From Negativicutes bacterium (lineage in GTDB: Bacteria; Bacillota; Negativicutes; UBA1444), in the NCBI GenBank assembly GCA_963665275.2, contig CAXXIN010000018.1, positions 32,001-96,000 on the forward strand: a stretch of 64,000 nt of DNA, read 5' to 3'. The notes under the pieces were generated by a model. It ran no database searches and was not told the DNA's origin. It saw only the letters and a list, made by a program, of their open reading frames with translations. Made by a program: the position numbers and the translations under genes. Below are positions 40,329-50,137 of the stretch, piece by piece. Each line of letters begins with the position of its first letter. Position 1 is the first letter of the stretch.

Positions 40329-41540
40329 TTAAATTCCTCCTTCATTCTTGGTTTTTCTTTCCAGGAATGTTAACGCCGCAAGGGCGGTTTCCTCCATTAC
40401 CTGAGCTCCGATAAACAGCGCACGCTCATCAAAGTCGAAGCCGCCGCTGTGGAGTGGGCGAACCGGGAGACCGGGAGTTCCACAGCCAACGAAAAAATAT
40501 GCGGATGGAACTTTTTCTGCGAAAAAGGCGAAGTCTTCGGCGCCCAAAACGGGTTTGTGATCCGAATGAACGTGCTCGGCGCCGAGAAATCGACTGGCAG
40601 TCAATACGACGAAGCTTGTTTCATCCGGCGCATTCTGCAGGCTGGGATAGCCGAATTGGTAGTCCAGCTCATAGTGACCGCCATACCCATCACAAATGCC
40701 CTGGATCATTCGCTTCATCCTCTCGGGAATATCTTTGCGGACGAATTCATTCAATGTACGGACTGTGCCTTCAAGTGTGACTTCTTTGGCAACCACGTTA
40801 TAACGCTCACCACCATGGATTGTGCCGATATTAATGGTCGCAGTTTCTCGAGGGTCAGTTTGTCGATGAATGATGCGGCTCAATGCTGTCAAAACATCGG
40901 AAGTCATCATGATGGAATCGATTCCCTGATGCGGAGCTCCAGCATGCGCACCAGCTCCGAACAACTTGAGCTGGAAACGGTCTGAAGATGCCATCATCGT
41001 GCCCTTGCAAACCCCGATATCACCATAAGGTAAGTCCGGCCACAGATGCATTCCGAACATCATGTCGACTTTTGGGTTTTCCAGAATTCCATCGGCGATC
41101 ATCAAGGGAGAACCGCCTTTGGGCGCTGCTTCTTCTGAGGGTTGGAACACCAGTTTGACGGTACCGCGCCAGGAGTTGCGATTTTCTTTCAGAGCGGTCG
41201 CTGCACCCAGCAACATCGAAGTATGGCCATCGTGTCCGCAGGCGTGCATGATGCCTGTATTGCGCGAGCAATAGGGAACCTGGTTGATTTCCATGATCGG
41301 TAAGGCGTCCATGTCAGCTCGCAAGCCGATGACTCCCCCGGGGCCCTTTCCTTCAATCGTTGCCAATACACCGGCGTGGCTGTCAAAGGTTCGCGTCGGG
41401 ATATCCAGCGCGTGAAGTTGCTGGAGTATGAACTCCCGGGTTTTAAATTCGGCGCCGCTCAGTTCGGGGTTCGCATGCAAAGCTCTGCGCCATTCAATCA
41501 TCTGCCCGAGTTCTTTGGGTAAAATTGTTGCCGCCGTCAT
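40329..41540 (-). CDS. M20D amidohydrolase
   Basis: LHANPELS, LRADMDAL, MHACGHDGH, FQPSEE, GAEDF; ATG 41540 after GGAGGAG. Confidence 0.93.
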   Translation of the reverse strand: MTAATILPKELGQMIEWRRALHANPELSGAEFKTREFILQQLHALDIPTRTFDSHAGVLATIEGKGPGGVIGLRADMDALPIMEINQVPYCSRNTGIMHACGHDGHTSMLLGAATALKENRNSWRGTVKLVFQPSEEAAPKGGSPLMIADGILENPKVDMMFGMHLWPDLPYGDIGVCKGTMMASSDRFQLKLFGAGAHAGAPHQGIDSIMMTSDVLTALSRIIHRQTDPRETATINIGTIHGGERYNVVAKEVTLEGTVRTLNEFVRKDIPERMKRMIQGICDGYGGHYELDYQFGYPSLQNAPDETSFVVLTASRFLGAEHVHSDHKPVLGAEDFAFFAEKVPSAYFFVGCGTPGLPVRPLHSGGFDFDERALFIGAQVMEETALAALTFLERKTKNEGGI

Positions 41541-41787
41541 CGGGTGTCTCCTCCACTTCTTATATACAGTTTGTCCCAAAACCGGTTGTTGTTTTGTGTC
41601 TGTAATGCTATGATTTACTTGAAAAAATACTATCACACATAACGGACAAATAAAAGACATTTCCGTATAATTCATGAATATGCACAGAACCAGGGATAAT
41701 TATAAATTGTCGGTGATGGATGCCGCTTTTGTCATGATTCTGGGGTGTTGAAAAAATGCTATATTTGAAAAACGAGCAGGTGAAAAA

Positions 41788-43110
41788 ATGCGAAAAATTA
41801 AAATTGGCGTTGTAGGACCGGGAGATTCTGTGGCATTAATTGAAGAGGTTGCTACTGAATACAATGATAAAATGAGCGTGAAAGGGTATATATATGAAGA
41901 CGCTTCGGAGGTGCCGTATATAATTGAACGGTTCGATCCGGACGTTGATATGTGGATGTTTTCCGGCAAGGTTCCGTATCGATATGCTATGGCGGTGAAA
42001 AGCAGCATAAAGCCCAAAATGTTTATGCCCCATACGGGAACCAGCATATATCGTGTGCTGTTATACCTAGCCAGAGAGAGGATTCCTGTCGGAAGTATGA
42101 GTTTTGATACATTCAGTCGGCAGGAGATTATTGAAACCTTTGAAGATGCTGAAACGTTTCTGCCTAAAATTTATGTTAATGACTATGACGGAGTTGTTTC
42201 TGCCAGTGAGCTCACTAAGTTTCACCTGGATTTATGGAATTCTGGCAAGACCAAGGTTGCTGTGACGTGTTTTTTTGCAACATACCAGGAGCTAATAAAG
42301 CAAGGGGTTACTGCTTTTCGGATTTGGCCGACCAAAAGCAATATCCGGTCGATGCTTGATTTGGCTTTAAGCCGGGCGGATGCACTGAACTCCAAAGCGG
42401 GCCAGATTGCGATTCTACATGTTGCAATAGATGGATATGACGATTTCAGTCGTGAGGCTGTTTCAGGTTACGCTGTTCTGAAGGTTGAACTGCAATTGCA
42501 TGAAGTTTTGCTGGGGTTCGCGGAACGAGTCAAAGGTGCGATTGTCATGCAAGGAAACGGACGCTTCACGCTCTACTCGACTCGCGGCGCCATGGCAGAG
42601 ATTACCGATGGATTCAATCATATGCCTATCATGGAAGAAATCGGCAGACGCTTGTCGATCAGCGTTAGCGGTGGGATTGGATTTGGTGATACTGCATACA
42701 ATGCCAATGAAAATGCGATGATCGCGCTCGGATTGGCGCGACGCAAAGGCAAACGCAAATGGATGGTAGTGCTGGATGATAAGAGTGTTATTGGACCGCT
42801 GGATTCTGAACTGCAGATAAAATACTCTATTCGGAGCCAAACTGCCGATATGCTGGCACTGGCGAAACAATTGAATGTCAGCGGGACAACTTTGAATCGT
42901 CTGCTTTCGGTTTATGCCAAAATTGACGGTGAAATCCTGGGGGCTGAAACCCTGGCCAGTTACCTTTCCATGACAGAACGCAATGCCAGACGTTTACTCG
43001 CTAGGTTGGCTGAACATGGAATGGCAGTGGAAGCCGGGGAAGAAAGCCATGGCGCTGGGCGGCCCCGAAAAATGTTCCGTATCGATGTGCAAAAAATTTT
43101 GCAGCAATAG
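41788..43110 (+). CDS. Putative transcriptional regulator with C-terminal HTH, divergent from the amidohydrolase-abgT operon
   Basis: C-terminal LASYLSMTERNARRLL...GRPRKMF HTH. Confidence 0.75.
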   Translation: MRKIKIGVVGPGDSVALIEEVATEYNDKMSVKGYIYEDASEVPYIIERFDPDVDMWMFSGKVPYRYAMAVKSSIKPKMFMPHTGTSIYRVLLYLARERIPVGSMSFDTFSRQEIIETFEDAETFLPKIYVNDYDGVVSASELTKFHLDLWNSGKTKVAVTCFFATYQELIKQGVTAFRIWPTKSNIRSMLDLALSRADALNSKAGQIAILHVAIDGYDDFSREAVSGYAVLKVELQLHEVLLGFAERVKGAIVMQGNGRFTLYSTRGAMAEITDGFNHMPIMEEIGRRLSISVSGGIGFGDTAYNANENAMIALGLARRKGKRKWMVVLDDKSVIGPLDSELQIKYSIRSQTADMLALAKQLNVSGTTLNRLLSVYAKIDGEILGAETLASYLSMTERNARRLLARLAEHGMAVEAGEESHGAGRPRKMFRIDVQKILQQ

Positions 43111-43188
43111 CCGAAAAACGATGCGTAAAAGGAAAAATTCCAGCGTTGTCGAACATTATACGAATCAACTATTTATGGAGGTACGCCA

Positions 43189-43641
43189 GTGAATATTCGC
43201 AAAGCTGTGTTGACAGATATCGAAGGAATTTATGAATTGGTCGACTATTACGCCGACCGGGGCCTGATCCTCCCACGGTCCCGTCACTCCATATTCGAAA
43301 CTCTACGTGATTTTACGGTTGCCGAGCAGGACGAATATATTGTTGGAACCGGTGCTTTGACGCTGGCTTGGGATGGATTGGCAGAGGTCAGGGCGTTAAC
43401 GGTATCGCCCCAACATCTCCGGAGTGGTCTGGGGCTGAAAATCATTGAGGCGATCACTGGCGAAGCGCGGCAGCTGGGAATTAACAAATTGTTTGTGCTG
43501 ACCTATCATCCGGAGTTCTTTGTGACGGCAGGGTTTGCGGAGATCGGTAAAGAAGCGCTACCCCATAAAGTCTGGCGTGACTGCATCAATTGCAGCAAGT
43601 TCCCTAATTGTGACGAAACTGCAATGACGCTGGAACTGTGA
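43189..43641 (+). CDS. Short ArgA-like N-acetyltransferase (amino-acid N-acetyltransferase)
   Basis: LPRSR, LAEVRAL, LPHKVWRDCINCSKFPNCDETAM. Confidence 0.85.
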   Translation: MNIRKAVLTDIEGIYELVDYYADRGLILPRSRHSIFETLRDFTVAEQDEYIVGTGALTLAWDGLAEVRALTVSPQHLRSGLGLKIIEAITGEARQLGINKLFVLTYHPEFFVTAGFAEIGKEALPHKVWRDCINCSKFPNCDETAMTLEL

Positions 43642-43653
43642 GGAGGGAAATCA

Positions 43654-45022
43654 TTGCTGATCGATAAAAAGACCGATTTTTCGCAATCGGAGCTGTCGTT
43701 TGATGAGATTGACGCGGGGTTGACCACAAAGGAAGCGATTTCCGAAGCCAAGCGTTGCTTAAATTGCAAAACACCGCTTTGTCGTAAAGGCTGTCCGATT
43801 GGAAACGATATTCCAGGATTTATTCACGCCCTCGCCAACGGCAATATCGGCGAAGCCAGCGCGATCATTGCGCAACGCAGTAATCTGCCGGCTGTGTGTG
43901 GCCGAGTGTGTCCACATGAGCGGCAGTGCGAAGGTTCGTGCGTGCTCAATCGCAAAGAGTGCGGCATTCAGATCGGAAAACTGGAACGATTTATCGCCGA
44001 TTTTGATGCGGAGATGGGGGATTCATATTCACAAGAATGAATTGCCGGTGCAGGGGAAAGTGGCTGTGATCGGATCGGGTCCAGCGGGTCTGACTGTGGC
44101 AGGCGATTTGGCCAAACTCGGATTTGTAGTGACGATTTTTGAGTCGCAGGCTGAGCCTGGCGGGGTTCTGATGTATGGTATTCCGGAATTTCGATTGGGC
44201 AAGGATATTGTGCGTCGCGAAATCCGGCGAATTCAGGAACTCGGCGTAGAAATTCGGACGAATGTACTAGTGGGTCCGGATATCACTGTGGATACCTTGT
44301 TTGAAGAAGGTTTCGACGCAATTTTTATCGGTACGGGAACGGCGCTACCCAAGACTTTGAATCTGCCGGGTGAAGAACTGCCGGGCGTGGTGCAGGCGGC
44401 ATATTTTTTGGGGATGGTGGCGCTTACCCGAGCGGGTAGTTTGGATATCAAGGAAGTACCAGTGGCGGCAAGAGACAGGGTCGTTATCGTCGGCGCCGGC
44501 AATGTGGCGATGGATGCGGCACGCACCGCGCTGCGTCTGGGTGCGGCTAAAGTTACGGTCGTTTATCGGCGTACAGAAAAAGAAATTACGGCGGAAAGAG
44601 CCGAATTTGAAGCGGCTCGGAACGAGGGAGTCGAGTTTCATTGGCTTGCCAGTCCTGTTGCCATCAGCGGCAAGAAAAAAGTAACCGGGCTTGAGTGCGA
44701 AATTCAAACCCTATCTCCTGACAACCAATTGCAGTCCACCGGTCAACGGGAAACTCTGCCTGCCGATGTTGTTTTATTGGCGATTGGGCAGCGCCCGGCG
44801 GCTCGCATTGTGTCAACGACTCAGGGCATCGAGGTTGATGGAAACGGATATGTGGTTACAAGGGATCGTCCTTATGGAATGACGACGCGTCGGGGAGTTT
44901 TTGCCGGCGGCGACGTAGTGCATGAACCGGCGACGGTGGTGCTGGCAATGAAGGAAGCGAAGAAAGTTGCCGCTGGGATCGCTCAATATGCTGAGGCAAA
45001 GAAAATTATGGAAAGTTGTTGA
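43654..45022 (+). pseudogene. GltD/NfnB-like NAD(P)-dependent Fe-S flavoprotein, frameshifted
   Basis: RCLNC...CP...VCGRVCPHERQCEGSC in one frame continues as KVAVIGSGPAG...GAGNVAMDAAR in another; extra G in G5 run 44016-44020; may be a sequencing error. Confidence 0.85.
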
Positions 45023-45058
45023 GGTTCCTTCTGAATTTTCCAACTTTTAGACAAAAGC

Positions 45059-45087
45059 TTGCGCGCGAAAAACATCTATGCTATATT
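45059..45087 (+). promoter_or_regulatory. SigA-type nif promoter
   Basis: TTGCGC-N17-TATATT with TG extension. Confidence 0.55.
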
Positions 45088-45113
45088 GTTTACAAATATC
45101 ATACGGCGGGTAA

Positions 45114-45224
45114 AAGCAAAGAAGCTTGCGAAACGGAAACGTTCGCAAGCTTTGATTTGTTTTAGCCGGGATTTGAGCAAAGAAGCTCGTGGACAATCTT
45201 GATTGTTCCGGGCTTTTTCGTTTT
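45114..45224 (+). promoter_or_regulatory. Two tandem ANTAR-type hairpin/terminator modules in the nif leader
   Basis: AGC-AAAGAA-GCT in 45114-45127 and 45175-45188, each overlapping a stem-loop followed by a U-rich tract. Confidence 0.7.
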
Positions 45225-45388
45225 GATCGGCAACGTCTATGATCTGATAGGAAGGAGGTGCGAAGTTAAACTGATAAGGAGAAAAACGAAGGCTGAATGA
45301 GTAGTGCAAGTACTCATTCAGCAGGGGTAGCCAAAAAACCCGGGCGGGCTTATTGATCATACCCATTTGTCATTGTAACAGAAAGTGA

Positions 45389-46255
<867 letters not shown>

Positions 46256-46297
46256 TAAGTGAGACCAGCTATGAAAAGTCAACAGGTGCGACTGAAT

Positions 46298-47479
46298 TTA
46301 GCGTGCCAACATCGGATCATAGGCTTGACCAGATTTGAGAAGAGCAAAAATGGTATAAAGCAACTTGCGAGAAACCGCGCCCAGAGCAACACGATGGGCT
46401 TTGCCCTCTTCGCGTTTCTTATGATAAAACGCAGCAAAGACCGGATTGAATTTAGAAGCGGGGAACGCTGCTAACCAAACGGCTCTGCGCAGATACGGCG
46501 AGCCCCGTTTGGACATATGGCTTTGGCTGCCGGTGAATTCGCCGGACTGCTTTATTGAAGGATCCATCCCAGCAAAGGCAACCAATTTCTCAGGAGCGGA
46601 AAAACGATGAACATCGCCAATCTCACTGAGGATGGCTGCTGCCAAGACTTTGCCGATACCGGGAACCGTATGCAACGTGCAAGAAAAGCGGTCATAGTAG
46701 GCACTGATTTGTTCGCCAAGCTCAGCCAATTGCTCTTCCAGAAACACAATCTGAGCCACCAGCTGGCGCAATTGAAAGGCCAGGGCGTCTATCCCCAATT
46801 TGACTCCAAACGAATGCTTTGCGGCATTCTGAATCCGTTGAGCTTGATCTAGGCCGAAGCGGCCACGGCTGGTTCGTTCAAGCAAGCCAGCTAACTTCCC
46901 AGAATCCACCGCTAAAAACTCCTCCGGAGTGGAAAACTCCGCCAGCATCTGGCGGGAAGAGGCTCCGAACAGATCAGAAAATAGGGACTCATATTCCGGA
47001 AACACTTGATCCAAGAGGGCGATTACCTTGCGTTTGAGATCGGATATATTATCTACCAGTGAGAAACGATAGCGGCAAAGTTGACGCAACGCAATTAAAT
47101 CGGGTTCGGCCAGGGTGGTTTGCGTAAACCGACCGAAGCGAATGACCTCAGCGATGAGAAAGGAATCGACTGCATCCGTTTTAGTCTGGCGAATGTACAG
47201 ATTGCGAAGGCTGTCGGACTGAATGGGATTGATCACATGGACGACATGGCCATCCTGTATCAGCCGGGAATAAAGGGGCAGCCAGTAATGACCGGTTGCT
47301 TCCATGCCGAACACAACAGGCAGCAAAGTGGGATTGAGTTTTTGAACCTGCTTGAACAAAAGCTCAACTCCGGCGAGAGAATTGGGGAACGAAAATGGTT
47401 TTCCCAGCAAACCGCCTGATTCATTCATCAGACAGGCCTCATGACTGCGCTTGGCGATGTCGATGCCGACGATGATCAT
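46298..47479 (-). CDS. IS110 recombinase/transposase (DEDD RuvC-like plus Tnp domain)
   Basis: GIDIAK, MEATGHY, KTDAVD, TVPGIG, QSG catalytic Ser, SKRGSPYLR; ATG 47479 after GGGAGG. Confidence 0.96.
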   Translation of the reverse strand: MIIVGIDIAKRSHEACLMNESGGLLGKPFSFPNSLAGVELLFKQVQKLNPTLLPVVFGMEATGHYWLPLYSRLIQDGHVVHVINPIQSDSLRNLYIRQTKTDAVDSFLIAEVIRFGRFTQTTLAEPDLIALRQLCRYRFSLVDNISDLKRKVIALLDQVFPEYESLFSDLFGASSRQMLAEFSTPEEFLAVDSGKLAGLLERTSRGRFGLDQAQRIQNAAKHSFGVKLGIDALAFQLRQLVAQIVFLEEQLAELGEQISAYYDRFSCTLHTVPGIGKVLAAAILSEIGDVHRFSAPEKLVAFAGMDPSIKQSGEFTGSQSHMSKRGSPYLRRAVWLAAFPASKFNPVFAAFYHKKREEGKAHRVALGAVSRKLLYTIFALLKSGQAYDPMLAR

Positions 47480-47499
47480 GTGCGCACCTCCCTTTGGGA

Positions 47500-47735
47500 C
47501 AGATAACCTCCAGCAGCTGCGGCACACAACCTCGTGAGACATGCGAAGTACCAGTCGTACCGGCCAACATCCAGCTCATTCGTGATGGACCGCAGGGCCA
47601 GAGGGATCACTCTCAATTTCGAGGTTCAACCTCAAGGAGGAAGACGATCTCCTCTGTCCTCTGCTATTAGTATCTCCGATTGTTCCTCGGGAGACAAGCG
47701 GAGAGGTTCAACAGGTTTCCCTGTTTATCCCGAAC
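47500..47735 (-). ncRNA. Predicted IS110 bridge RNA in the non-coding left end
   Basis: Guide-like segments match target (47635-47644, 47612-47618) and donor junction (47571-47576, 47531-47535) inside stem-flanked internal loops; RNA ends approximate. Confidence 0.8.
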
Positions 47736-47761
47736 ATAATTATACGAGGAGGATGAATAGT

Positions 47762-48088
47762 ATGTACCTGATCAAAGCAGTGGTTCGACCTGAAAAAAGA
47801 GACGAAGTTCTATATGAACTAACCTCCGCTGGCTTTAATGCAGCAACGGTAGTGGATGTAGTCGGCCGCGGCAAACAAAAAGGTATTAAAATCGGCAATA
47901 TCGTTTACGACGAAATTCCCAAGGTCATGATTATCATGGCGGTTCAGGAAGCAGACAAGGATGATATCATCAGCGTGATCATGCGCGCGGCCAAGACCAG
48001 TGAAAAAGGAGCCTTCGGTGACGGAAAAATCTTTGTCAGTCCCCTGGAAGAAGCCTATACGGTGTCCTCTGGCGCCAAAGAACTGTAG
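47762..48088 (+). CDS. nifI1: P-II family nitrogenase regulator NifI1
   Basis: IKAVVRPEK, GRGKQKG, GAFGDGKIFV; position between nifH and nifD. Confidence 0.92.
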   Translation: MYLIKAVVRPEKRDEVLYELTSAGFNAATVVDVVGRGKQKGIKIGNIVYDEIPKVMIIMAVQEADKDDIISVIMRAAKTSEKGAFGDGKIFVSPLEEAYTVSSGAKEL

Positions 48089-48097
48089 GAGGTTGCC

Positions 48098-48508
48098 ATG
48101 AAAGAGATAATTGCCGTTGTGAGAATGAATAAAACCAACGCAACCAAAAAGGCTCTTATTGACTCGGGCGCTGCAGGTTTCACGGCATTGAAGGTGATGG
48201 GCCGGGGGAAATTAGTGGAAGACAAAAGTCTCATCGCGACCCGCAAAGCAAACATGATGGAGATGGCTCTCGGTGAAGACTCCCGCGAAGCGGAAGCTCT
48301 CATCGACGGATTCCTCGATGGACAACGGCTAATTCCCCGCCGGATGTTTCATATCATTGCCAAGGACACTGAGGTTCAACCAATCATCGCAGCCATCATG
48401 GGCGCCAACAGAACCGATTATAAAGTCGGTGACGGCAAGATATTTGTGTTGCCGATAGCGGACGTGGTTCGTGTCCGTACTGCCGAGCGAGGCGAAACCG
48501 CACTATAA
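48098..48508 (+). CDS. nifI2: P-II family nitrogenase regulator NifI2
   Basis: MKEIIAVVRMNK, GRGK with long T-loop, GDGKIFVLP. Confidence 0.92.
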   Translation: MKEIIAVVRMNKTNATKKALIDSGAAGFTALKVMGRGKLVEDKSLIATRKANMMEMALGEDSREAEALIDGFLDGQRLIPRRMFHIIAKDTEVQPIIAAIMGANRTDYKVGDGKIFVLPIADVVRVRTAERGETAL

Positions 48509-48523
48509 AAGGAGGGAATTCCC

Positions 48524-50137
48524 ATGGCAATGACCGAGAGTGAATTGAATGAAATATTGGGGAAACTCCCCAGCAAGGTGCAAAAAAATCGGAGCAAACA
48601 TATCTTGGTTAAGGATTGTTCGCAACCGGACCAGGAGATTGAAGCCAACACCCGAACGATTCCGGGGATCATCACGAACCGTGGCTGCGCATATGCCGGG
48701 TGCAAGGGTGTGGTGCTGGGCCCTCTGAAGGATATGATCCACATCGTGCATGGTCCAATCGGCTGCAGTTACTACGCTTGGGGAACTCGGCGAAACAAAG
48801 GGAAAACAGAAGATCCCAGCGATAATTACCTCAATTACTGCTTTTCAACCGATATGCAAGAAAAAGACATCGTGTTCGGCGGAGAAAAAAAATTGGCGGC
48901 GACCATCGACGAAGTGGTGAAGATCTTCAATCCCAAAGCAATTACTGTTTCCGCTACATGCCCCGTCGGTCTCATTGGCGATGATATTCAGCAGGTTGCT
49001 AAAGCGGCGGAAGCACGGCATGGCATTCAGGTTTTGGCGTTTAACTGCGAGGGGTATAAAGGCGTAAGTCAATCCGCTGGCCATCACATTGCCAACAACA
49101 TTCTGATGGATAAGGTCATTGGAAACTCGACGGAAGAGAAAGCGCCGAAACCCTTCGCCATCAATATTCTCGGCGAATACAACATTGGCGGGGACAGTTG
49201 GGAAATCGAACGGGTACTCAAAGAAATCGGTTACCATATAGTGTCGGTGATGACTGGTGATGGTTCCTATGAGGAATTGCGTTTGGCGCATACCTCGGAA
49301 TTGAATCTGGTGCAGTGTCATCGGTCCATCAATTATATTGCTGAAATGTTGGAAACCAAATATGGGACACCTTGGTTGAAGGTCAATTTCATCGGAATCA
49401 ATTCCACCGCCGAGTCACTGCGGAATATGGCGCAGTATTTTGGCGATGAAACACTGATCCGCAAGACGGAAGAAGTGATTCTGCGAGAACTGGCAAACAT
49501 ACAACCTCGCATCGACCAATACAGGAAGATCTGCGATGGGAAACGGGCCTTCTGCTTCGTTGGCGGTTCCAGGGGTCATCATTACCAGGGCTTGTTTGCG
49601 GAACTTGGTATTGAAACAGTGTTGGCCGGTTACGAGTTTGCGCACCGCGACGACTACGAAGGTCGCAAAGTGCTCCCCACGATCAAAACGGACTCGGACA
49701 GCAAGAACATTCCTGAACTGCATGTGGAACGAGACACAGAACGCTATTGCGTAAAGCTTTCGCCAGAAATTGCGGAAGAATTGCGGGCAAGAATTCCGTT
49801 GAGCAATTACACCGGCCTCAATCTTGACATGAAAGATGGCAGTATTGTTGTGGATGACCTGAACCACTATGAGACCGAAGAATTCATTCGCCTCTTGAAG
49901 CCGGATATCTTTGCTTCTGGGATCAAGGACAAATATGTAGTGCAGAAAATGGGAATTCCGGCAAAACAGATTCATTCATACGATTACAGCGGTCCGTATG
50001 CTGGCTTCAACGGAGCCGTGAACTTCGCGCGAGACGTCAGCATGGCTTTTGCTTCTCCCACATGGAACTACATCACTCCACCGTGGTACAAACTGCCTCT
50101 GCTCGAGGGGAAAATCAATGAAGGAGGCGCCGCCTGA
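48524..50137 (+). CDS. nifD: Nitrogenase MoFe protein alpha chain (group II, with clostridial-type insertion)
   Basis: RGCAYAGCKG, HGPIGC, VQCHRS, GGSRGHH, QIHSYDY. Confidence 0.97.
   Translation: MAMTESELNEILGKLPSKVQKNRSKHILVKDCSQPDQEIEANTRTIPGIITNRGCAYAGCKGVVLGPLKDMIHIVHGPIGCSYYAWGTRRNKGKTEDPSDNYLNYCFSTDMQEKDIVFGGEKKLAATIDEVVKIFNPKAITVSATCPVGLIGDDIQQVAKAAEARHGIQVLAFNCEGYKGVSQSAGHHIANNILMDKVIGNSTEEKAPKPFAINILGEYNIGGDSWEIERVLKEIGYHIVSVMTGDGSYEELRLAHTSELNLVQCHRSINYIAEMLETKYGTPWLKVNFIGINSTAESLRNMAQYFGDETLIRKTEEVILRELANIQPRIDQYRKICDGKRAFCFVGGSRGHHYQGLFAELGIETVLAGYEFAHRDDYEGRKVLPTIKTDSDSKNIPELHVERDTERYCVKLSPEIAEELRARIPLSNYTGLNLDMKDGSIVVDDLNHYETEEFIRLLKPDIFASGIKDKYVVQKMGIPAKQIHSYDYSGPYAGFNGAVNFARDVSMAFASPTWNYITPPWYKLPLLEGKINEGGAA

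Larger units (their letters stand above)
46261..47748 (-). mobile_element. IS110-family insertion sequence, full length
   Basis: GAG core at both ends (46261-46263, 47746-47748); removal restores nifH-TGA-TAAGTGAGGAGGATGAATAGT-ATG-nifI1; no terminal inverted repeats. Confidence 0.93.

Noticed and set aside
46256-46263. Target-site duplication or terminal inverted repeats for the IS
   Set aside because: Only the 3-nt GAG core is shared, consistent with conservative IS110 recombination rather than a DDE-type duplication
46259-46474. 71-aa + strand ORF after nifH
   Set aside because: Lies inside the IS right end, antisense to the transposase
47534-47761. N-terminal extension of the nifI1 ORF (184 aa in the track)
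   Set aside because: It reads through IS non-coding DNA; the real start is ATG 47762 after GAGGAGG
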